In this document: one piece after another, positions 56,735 to 64,000 of the stretch
Numbering within the stretch: the first letter of the stretch is position 1
Layout: each line of letters opens with the position of its first letter
Sequence record: NC_042136.1
Length of the DNA: 64,000 nt
Strand: one strand, 5' to 3'
The notes under the pieces: generated by a model
Database searches by the model: none
Told to the model about the DNA's origin: nothing
What the model saw: only the letters and a program-made list of their open reading frames with translations
Made by a program: the position numbers and the translations under genes

Positions 56735-59700
56735 ATGATTGGGATTATTAAGGGTAATATACTGGATGCTCGGGGAGAACCTGTTGTTCCCGGAGAACCA
56801 GTGACCATTACCGGTGTCCGTAGTGATGGTGGGGATGATATCTCTATCATTACCGACAATGACGGTAATTGGTCGTTTAACCTGTCTTCCGAAGCGGTAG
56901 GTGCGTGTGATATCACATTCATGTACAACGGTTTAGAAGTTGGTTCCTATGAAGTTTACTTCGTAGACGACTTGGATTTAAAAGTCCTTCCTTATTCAAC
57001 AACTTTGGTTCATGCGGACCACAGCGCTTTAATAGCTTTCGCAGTAACTGACCCTGATGGTAAAGGTGTCCCTAATGCTCCTGTAACGTTCTATGACGAC
57101 TCTTCGTCCCCTGAACCGACCATGACTATTAATACTGACCGTTTCGGCATAGCAGAGTTCCTAGTGAGTTCTACCGAGGTTATGGGAGAACGTAGCTTTA
57201 ACGCTACTATCGGTAAAACGATGACCAAGCACACGGTAGAGTGGACGACGACGTCTGACTCTTTGGTGTACTCGTTCAGTGAGTTCATGCACACGGAAGA
57301 AGTAGAGACCGGGAATCAAGGTGTGCTTTCAGCTTACGCTTTGGACCAAACTGGTGAGCGCGTACTTTATCAAGGTCAGTACCGATTGTTCAACAAAACC
57401 ACATTAAGTGATGTGGGGTTAGAACGATTAACTAACCGAGACCATCGTGAGTGTTTATCTACGTCAGTATTAAGTGACGGTGAATATCGTTTTTGTGTTT
57501 ATGCTGATAACGCTCGTAAAGACGTTTCCATGACTTGGCAAGATCTTGCTTCCAGTGAGATCGCTAAATTCGAAGAAGTTTCTGGTGCTTCGGTTTATCC
57601 TACCAATTACCCGTCAGTGGTTAAGTTCAACGGCTTGGATTATGAGTTAGAACCTATCACAGTTCGTGGTAAGATTGTAGTGACAGAACTCATCGACGGT
57701 GCTACCAAGGGTAACGATGCGATAGTCTTACCAGACGGGACAGTGGATTTCTTTAACTATTCTGAAAGTGAAGTAACACAAACCAGAAAAATCAAAACCG
57801 CGGACTGGACGTCGGCTTTACAACAATACGAGTTCCGTGATGGATTAAGCATCCGAGCGTGTGAATACAGTAATGACCAAATCCCCACTGGCGAAGATGG
57901 TTTTGTAGTATTCGCAGTTACGGATACAGATGGAAAAGTGGTTCCTGACGCGGCAGTCAAATATACGTTCACTAACGGCGACACGGGTTACACTAGCGCT
58001 TACGATGGTGGTTTCCTCCGTTTTGATATTTCTCAGGATGGGAATGAAAATCGTACCTATGAAGAAGTCAGTGTTTACATCGGTACATCTAAAGCGGTGG
58101 CGGGTGCTTATTGGCGTCCTACTAGCGTTCCTGTTGGTGTTAAATTCGAAGAAGTAGTTTTTCCTACTGAGTCTAAAGATAACGTCGCTATGACGATTAC
58201 AGGGCTTTTGAAGGATCAAAACGACACTCCTATTAAAGATACTAAGTTGGGTATCTTTAACGTATCAACTTTAGCCTACGAAGAGTTTGGTAAAAACGGC
58301 GCTATTGGTGACGACGGTCGTTTTGAAATAGAGTACGGTCCTTTGTCGATAGGTGAACATGAATTGATTCTTACCGCTAACGCGGTAACAGAACATCATG
58401 ACACTACTTGGATTGACAGTGTTCCTGCATTTGATGGCTTCCAACCATTACCATGGATGACAAACTCTACCCCAGAAAACACCGAGGCAATGATTGGTGT
58501 TGCTGCTCGTAAAGAAGACGAGTCTTTAGCCGCAGGTGTTCCTGTAACATTCTACCGTTCAGACTTTAATCAAACGGTGGGTGAAGAACTGGGCACAGTG
58601 ATGACCAATGAATTCGGCATTGCTGAATTTAAAGTGACTGAAACAGAACCATTAACCCAAGCGTTTGAAACCGTTTACTACTTAGCGAAGTACAAAGACA
58701 AACAAGTAAGTCTGAGTTACACTCGTACCAACGTGAGACCTACAGCGGTTGAGATCACTGATTTCTCCATCAACGCTGAAACCCAAGTAGGTAAGAAAGC
58801 GGTAGTGAAATGTACGATAGTAGATAAACTTGGTACACCAATGACCAGCCTTCAAGGCTTACAAGTTTACCACTTACCTTCGTTTAAGTCTCTTGATGTT
58901 TCTAGCCCTGACATCGGTTATGACGCCACTGGTATCTACGCTATTGAAACCGCCGAAACGTTCGGTGATTACAAACTGGAGGTTGGAACACACCCTATGG
59001 TCATGTGGCATCGTAGCTCCAATGCTCGCGTCTATTTTGATCTGGTTGTGGTGGATGAAGCTGATGTGGTTAAACCAGCAAGCATCGTACTGACTGAAAA
59101 TGCACCTACTGTGGGTATGGTTAATGATAGCGGTTCATTCCCTATCATGGCACAAGCTCAAGACGCCGATGGTAATCCGTTCAAACCGGCTTATGGTATC
59201 CAAGTGGCTATCAGTCGTAAGATGGATGGTGTGGATTACAATGGCGGTTATGCGTACATCGGACCTAACGGTGAAGTGTATGGTAATGTAACCCCAGCCG
59301 CTGACGGTGACTTTACGTTCTGGTTCGAAGACCAAGACTACGATGGTGATCAAGGTGAGAACTACGGTGAGTTCAACATTACGTTCCGCGATGACTTGTT
59401 GGTAGAAATGTCCAAAGCAACTACTGAACATATCGCACACGGTGAACAAGCAACCTTGGTCGCTCGTGCTATGAACCAAGTACATCAAGGTGTTGAGAAT
59501 GTTTGGGTGGACTTCACTTCAGAAGAACTCTACGGTAACGTAAGCGGTGGTACGTCGGATAGTCGTGGTTACGCCATGGGTAAAGTTTCCGAAGCGTACA
59601 CAGTGTCTCTGACCGATCCTGAGATGATCACGGTGAAAGCGTCACTCGCTGACACCGTTGTGTCTGAAGAAGGGGTCGTAGTCACTTGGGATAGTGAAGT

Positions 59701-61894
59701 TAAACCGGTCGTGTTAACTAATGTTGTGGTTCCTGATACCACACTTCCTAACAAACCAGTAAGTGTCATCGGTAATGTGGAAGATGCAGACGGTAATCCA
59801 CTTGATGAAGTTGTCGTTACGATTACCGACAAATTCAGTGGCCGTGATTACGTGACCCCACCTACTGTCGAAGGTGAGTTCCGTATCGACATCATTCTGG
59901 TAGAAGAAGGTGATCACGACTTAATCATTAGTGCAGGTAGTGCGTTAGTGAACGAAAGCATTAAAGTGGAACTGGTCATCCCAGACTACGATAATGTTGA
60001 GAAACTACCGTTCTCTACTCAACGATCGGCAACCGGTGGTGAAGTCTTCCTAGCGTTTAAAGCAACGAATCAAGGCGCTGGTGTTCTAGACTTACCAATC
60101 GATCTTTACATCCAAGGTACTCCTCAACCGGTACGTAGTTCTTACACGGACGACCGTGGTTATGGTGCACTGTCATTTAGCTTAACTGAACCAAGTTCAA
60201 CGGTACTACTAGAAGCTAAAGTGGGTGAAGATCTCATCGGTTACTACGAGGTTAACTTTACGGACGATCCAGTAAGTAGTAATATTGCTGAAGCATTGAA
60301 CTCAGAACCTACGGTTAATGGTGAGTCAATGTTGTTCGACATCACCATCACTGACCAGAACGGTGCGGTAGTGGTTGACCCTGTTATTGGTGCTTACGAC
60401 TTCACTAACATGGAACCATTGACCATTACAGCGGATACTAACCAACACGGTCGTGGGTTGTACGTGATCGACGGTATGACTGATACATCTATTGATGTGA
60501 TGATCTATACTGAAAACGCTCACCGTCCAGTGATCGCTACTTGGTCACCAGAAGAACCTAAGGTTTACCAAACCATTGTTCTCGATGAGTACGAAGCAAA
60601 CCCAAGTGAAGGTGAAGAAGTTGAACTGACCGGTCATCTGTTAGGGGTCGATGATGAATTGATTAAACCTAACACTATCCTAGTCGCGAAACTCACGGAT
60701 ACGGATGGCGGTGAAGTTCTAAGTACGTTGGATACGGATGGTGTGTTCTTGTTCCCTCTAAGTTACGCGGAATACACTAAGAAGACCTACACCGTGAGTG
60801 TAGGTGAAGTATCAACAGAACCATTTGATATCGAATGGGGTCACTTAGATCCTCCAGTCTACACCAGCATCGAGTGGGTAGGTGAACAACCAGCGAATGG
60901 TGAAGTCGGCACTCCGGTGACACTACGAGCTCGTTCACTAGACCAATACGGTGATCCAATTGAAGGCGTGTCTGTACGTCCATTCATTAACGGTGAACCG
61001 GGTAATGCGTTCCGTTCTCCTCCGGGTGGTGAGTGGTCGTTCGACTACAACGCTACCGAAGAAGGTGACGTGGTCTATGAATTCGGTTGGGACCCGGATA
61101 TCGCTCACATCAGTCATACGGTAACGTGGGCATTACCTGAACCTATCTTTACTAAGATGGAATTGGTGAGTGCGCCTACTGAAGGCACCACAGGCGAAGA
61201 CGTAGTGATTACGGTTAAAACCCTAGATCAGTTTGATCGTCCTATGGCAGGTCAATCTGTAGCATGGTCTGACGGTGGCACTAACTTACCGGCTAACACC
61301 AGTGACCCAGATGGTATCGCGACGTTTACTGTAAACGAAGCAGATGCTGGGGATGTCACTTACACGTTCATTGGTGGTGGTGAAGTTCTTAACCTGACTC
61401 ACACCGTAACATGGACTGCTCCTAAACCAGTATCTACGACTATCGAAGTAAATGGTCCGGACACAGCAGTCATTAATGAAACGGTTCCTGTACAAGTGAT
61501 CGTGAGAGACCAGTTCGGTCAACCTATGTCTAACGTCAGTGTGGTGTGGAATGATGGCGGTATTCCGTTCCCTCAATCCATGACTGACGCTGACGGTCAA
61601 ATCACGTACCAGTTGACTCGTGATAAGGAAGAAGTAGTGACTTACTCTTTCAACGCAGGTCAAGGTGTTAACGCACAACACGTGATTAGTTGGGTGAGTA
61701 ACATCCTTCCAGCGGAAGGGTTAGCGATTCAACCAATCGAAATACCAGTAGCATTAGCGGGTCAGTCATTCACTATTTCAGGTGAAACTACTGATCGTGT
61801 TATCCCACCAGCGGAAAGCATTACTATTGATGAAATGGACGTTCCTGTAGGCACTACGACAGGCACAGTTACTATCACTGGTGACGCTTCTTAA
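56735..61894 (+). CDS. Tandem Ig-like repeat protein; giant fibre subunit 2 (1719 aa)
   Basis: GGAG SD; repeated TDxFGxAEF, DQFxxPM and DxxGxP motifs; very acidic. Confidence 0.8.
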   Translation: MIGIIKGNILDARGEPVVPGEPVTITGVRSDGGDDISIITDNDGNWSFNLSSEAVGACDITFMYNGLEVGSYEVYFVDDLDLKVLPYSTTLVHADHSALIAFAVTDPDGKGVPNAPVTFYDDSSSPEPTMTINTDRFGIAEFLVSSTEVMGERSFNATIGKTMTKHTVEWTTTSDSLVYSFSEFMHTEEVETGNQGVLSAYALDQTGERVLYQGQYRLFNKTTLSDVGLERLTNRDHRECLSTSVLSDGEYRFCVYADNARKDVSMTWQDLASSEIAKFEEVSGASVYPTNYPSVVKFNGLDYELEPITVRGKIVVTELIDGATKGNDAIVLPDGTVDFFNYSESEVTQTRKIKTADWTSALQQYEFRDGLSIRACEYSNDQIPTGEDGFVVFAVTDTDGKVVPDAAVKYTFTNGDTGYTSAYDGGFLRFDISQDGNENRTYEEVSVYIGTSKAVAGAYWRPTSVPVGVKFEEVVFPTESKDNVAMTITGLLKDQNDTPIKDTKLGIFNVSTLAYEEFGKNGAIGDDGRFEIEYGPLSIGEHELILTANAVTEHHDTTWIDSVPAFDGFQPLPWMTNSTPENTEAMIGVAARKEDESLAAGVPVTFYRSDFNQTVGEELGTVMTNEFGIAEFKVTETEPLTQAFETVYYLAKYKDKQVSLSYTRTNVRPTAVEITDFSINAETQVGKKAVVKCTIVDKLGTPMTSLQGLQVYHLPSFKSLDVSSPDIGYDATGIYAIETAETFGDYKLEVGTHPMVMWHRSSNARVYFDLVVVDEADVVKPASIVLTENAPTVGMVNDSGSFPIMAQAQDADGNPFKPAYGIQVAISRKMDGVDYNGGYAYIGPNGEVYGNVTPAADGDFTFWFEDQDYDGDQGENYGEFNITFRDDLLVEMSKATTEHIAHGEQATLVARAMNQVHQGVENVWVDFTSEELYGNVSGGTSDSRGYAMGKVSEAYTVSLTDPEMITVKASLADTVVSEEGVVVTWDSEVKPVVLTNVVVPDTTLPNKPVSVIGNVEDADGNPLDEVVVTITDKFSGRDYVTPPTVEGEFRIDIILVEEGDHDLIISAGSALVNESIKVELVIPDYDNVEKLPFSTQRSATGGEVFLAFKATNQGAGVLDLPIDLYIQGTPQPVRSSYTDDRGYGALSFSLTEPSSTVLLEAKVGEDLIGYYEVNFTDDPVSSNIAEALNSEPTVNGESMLFDITITDQNGAVVVDPVIGAYDFTNMEPLTITADTNQHGRGLYVIDGMTDTSIDVMIYTENAHRPVIATWSPEEPKVYQTIVLDEYEANPSEGEEVELTGHLLGVDDELIKPNTILVAKLTDTDGGEVLSTLDTDGVFLFPLSYAEYTKKTYTVSVGEVSTEPFDIEWGHLDPPVYTSIEWVGEQPANGEVGTPVTLRARSLDQYGDPIEGVSVRPFINGEPGNAFRSPPGGEWSFDYNATEEGDVVYEFGWDPDIAHISHTVTWALPEPIFTKMELVSAPTEGTTGEDVVITVKTLDQFDRPMAGQSVAWSDGGTNLPANTSDPDGIATFTVNEADAGDVTYTFIGGGEVLNLTHTVTWTAPKPVSTTIEVNGPDTAVINETVPVQVIVRDQFGQPMSNVSVVWNDGGIPFPQSMTDADGQITYQLTRDKEEVVTYSFNAGQGVNAQHVISWVSNILPAEGLAIQPIEIPVALAGQSFTISGETTDRVIPPAESITIDEMDVPVGTTTGTVTITGDAS

Positions 61895-61926
61895 CATTAA
61901 CTCGTAAAGGTCAGCCTTTACACAAC

Positions 61927-61969
61927 ACCATAACTCGGAGTACCTGACTCCGAGTTATGGTTATTTTTT
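61927..61969 (+). terminator. Strong intrinsic terminator between fibre genes 2 and 3
   Basis: 14-bp stem CCATAACTCGGAGT / ACTCCGAGTTATGG followed by TTATTTTTT. Confidence 0.8.
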
Positions 61970-62015
61970 GAAATTGTATGACTGGTTTTAAAGTCTATTA
62001 AAAACGGAGAGTCTA

Positions 62016-64000
62016 ATGGCTAATACGAATACAGGTGTCGGTCCTCGTAAACTCACTATGAAACGTAGTGATGGGAAACCAGACACGGACATCATTAGTG
62101 ACGCTAATGGTAAGTGGTCCATCGATGTAGGTAGCGAAGGTAAAGGTAAAGTTACTTTCCAATTCTTCAGTGGTGAAGAAAAACTCGGTGAACAAGAAAT
62201 TAACTTTGTTCAGAAAACAGATCTCCTAGACGGGTTTGATAATCTGTCAACGAAAAACTACAGCAACGTTAAAGGGTTGGTCCTCAATGACAAACTCGCT
62301 CCTATCAGTGATGTAGTACTGGACTTCTCTTACAGTGTAGATGGCGCAGCCGCAGTAACAGGTAAGACTTACCCTTCTTCTAACACTGGTCTATTTACTT
62401 TCAGCTTACCTACTGATGAAATGGTCGGTAAAAGTAAAGTAGAAGTGACCGTGACTTACGATGGGACTACAGCTACTCGCACATTTGATTTAGTGGACGA
62501 ATACTTACCCGCTAACTTCGCCACACTTCACGCTCCCGTCCAAGTGCGTCCCGATGAGACAATGACGGTGTACGGTAAAGCTTTCTACGATTACAACGCT
62601 CTGCCTTTGTTGGGTCCAAGTCGTAAGTTGTTTTACTTTGACAAACACCCAGCGATGATGCACGACGTTACCGATGCACTAGAAGACAACGGGTTCTTTA
62701 AACTAGAAATTCCGGCCACCGGTTACTTTAGCGTAATCAACAATGGCGGAGTTACACAACAAGGTATTAACGTGGTTAAGGAGCTTACTCCTCCACACTT
62801 GTTCCGTGTTGCTCCTCGTAGCTTGATGATCTTTGATAGCAGCTGGGCGGGTTCTTCATCAGAATGGTGGGGTCGTGTTTTTGATGAAAACGGTAACACT
62901 CCTAATCTGATCAACGGCAATGTGGTTTGTGCTGACTTGCGTATGTCTCGTCAATACAAATCGGCGTCATTCAACAGTGACGGTTCGGTCGAGAACTGGT
63001 TAAGTGTAGATGAAGATGCGAAAAACCCTTACTGCTTTGTGGACGGTCGCATGGTTCTACCTAACATGACTCGTTACAACCACAGTGGTGACATGTTTAA
63101 CCTAGCCGCTGGGACCACTAACTGGGTTCGCGCTGGCAAACCAGTGGTTAACGCCTTTGCTTATACCGACGAAGTGAGTATTCCTAAAGCAGGCGTTTCC
63201 GTTAAACTAAGTTCTATCGAGAACGGTGTTCGTACTGAAATCGGCACAGCGGTAACTGACAAATACGGCGTGGTCAAGTTTGATGTTCCAGCACGTGAAG
63301 AACCTACTCGTTTAGAGATGGTAGCGGAAGCTGGTGAATTCGAATTGTTCTTTGTGAACGACTGGGTGGATCCAGCTAAATTCAAAGTGGCTACTGACAT
63401 CACGTTGCCATTCATTCCGCCGATCTATTTCGATGGTTACATCCAAATCAACTTTGATCCTATCGACCAAAACGGTGAGCGATTCAACTTGGATCCTCAA
63501 ATCACTTATGAAGGGATGCACATGCAAATTCGTGACTATCCGTTCTTCCGTCCTTACTTGGACTTAGGTGACAACCAAGGCCGTTACATGTTCTCACTGC
63601 AATCAGCACAAGACAAGTTCCCTAGTCGTACTCGTATTGCGATGACGTGTGATGAGCTGAGTGTGGAGAAAGATTTGGTCATAGGTTCAGCAGAAGGTAT
63701 TAACCCGTTGATCTATGCAGCTGGCGCTGGCGTGGCAGGTTTCCCTATCACCGCAGGTTGGCGCATCCTAGATGTGAATAAAGCTCCGTTGTCTGGTAAA
63801 ACGGTTAAAGTTTGGTACGATAAAGTAGAAGGCGAGCCAGCTCATACTTTGACCACGGACAAATACGGTAGTGTATTGGCGGACATTCCTTGGAAACCAC
63901 TAAACTATACTCGTACCATCATTATCCAATCTGAAGGTGATGAGTTCACACAACAACTAATGTGGACTAAGAAACCTACGGGTAGTGAAATCGATCTACG
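62016..64000 (+). CDS. Tandem Ig-like repeat protein; giant fibre subunit 3, runs off the window (not in ORF track)
   Basis: ATG 62016 after GGAG SD; hand translation is open to base 64000 (MANTNTGVGPRKLTMKRSDGKPDTDIISDANGKWSIDV...TDKYGVVKF...TDKYGSVLA...). Confidence 0.85.
   Translation, partial: MANTNTGVGPRKLTMKRSDGKPDTDIISDANGKWSIDVGSEGKGKVTFQFFSGEEKLGEQEINFVQKTDLLDGFDNLSTKNYSNVKGLVLNDKLAPISDVVLDFSYSVDGAAAVTGKTYPSSNTGLFTFSLPTDEMVGKSKVEVTVTYDGTTATRTFDLVDEYLPANFATLHAPVQVRPDETMTVYGKAFYDYNALPLLGPSRKLFYFDKHPAMMHDVTDALEDNGFFKLEIPATGYFSVINNGGVTQQGINVVKELTPPHLFRVAPRSLMIFDSSWAGSSSEWWGRVFDENGNTPNLINGNVVCADLRMSRQYKSASFNSDGSVENWLSVDEDAKNPYCFVDGRMVLPNMTRYNHSGDMFNLAAGTTNWVRAGKPVVNAFAYTDEVSIPKAGVSVKLSSIENGVRTEIGTAVTDKYGVVKFDVPAREEPTRLEMVAEAGEFELFFVNDWVDPAKFKVATDITLPFIPPIYFDGYIQINFDPIDQNGERFNLDPQITYEGMHMQIRDYPFFRPYLDLGDNQGRYMFSLQSAQDKFPSRTRIAMTCDELSVEKDLVIGSAEGINPLIYAAGAGVAGFPITAGWRILDVNKAPLSGKTVKVWYDKVEGEPAHTLTTDKYGSVLADIPWKPLNYTRTIIIQSEGDEFTQQLMWTKKPTGSEIDL

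Noticed and set aside
49169-63527. Short alternative-frame and antisense ORFs within the giant Ig genes
   Set aside because: They are shadows of codon bias in long CDSs and have no independent signals.
49154-64000. Diversity-generating retroelement or invertible tail-fibre cassette
   Set aside because: No reverse transcriptase, recombinase, near-identical TR/VR pair or inverted recombination sites were seen; the repeats are highly diverged at DNA level.
1-64000. tRNA, rRNA or CRISPR arrays
   Set aside because: No cloverleaf, rRNA-like or repeat-spacer structures were recognised by eye; a tRNAscan-SE or CRISPR-finder run would be needed to exclude them formally.

Overview
The window is a segment of a phiKZ-like (nucleus-forming, Chimalliviridae-type) jumbo myophage. 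The host is probably Vibrio or a related marine gammaproteobacterium, inferred from a Vibrionaceae-type ThyA. The phiKZ gp numbers below come from remembered motifs and gene order, not from a database search. Core blocks: an RNase H-like gene, uvsX, four virion RNA polymerase (vRNAP) genes (beta C-terminal part, beta' catalytic part, large beta part, putative fifth subunit), a 2371-aa tail tape-measure/lysozyme protein, an endolysin, the prohead protease, tail sheath and tube, and baseplate-region genes. An accessory region of about 13 kb (29.3-42.4 kb) is driven by repeated TATATWAY early promoters. It holds folA-HD-thyA, a Nudix hydrolase, an HslV-like Ntn hydrolase, a Cys-His-Asp enzyme and many membrane-targeted proteins. 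Two results stand out. (1) An ORF-less 497-nt group I intron (20088-20584) sits directly after the vRNAP catalytic DYDGD; splicing restores DYDGD-QLNSNG and adds a 54-aa exon missing from the ORF track. (2) Three tandem giant Ig-like repeat genes (49154 to beyond 64000) have an A-B-C domain periodicity that continues across both gene boundaries. Each upstream protein ends with only the first strands of an A-type domain and the next starts with the remainder, and the two spacers share an RNA architecture. This is a candidate split-Ig, multi-polypeptide virion fibre system. A 166-N scaffold gap with flanking duplications at 38.2-38.6 kb is probably an assembly artefact.
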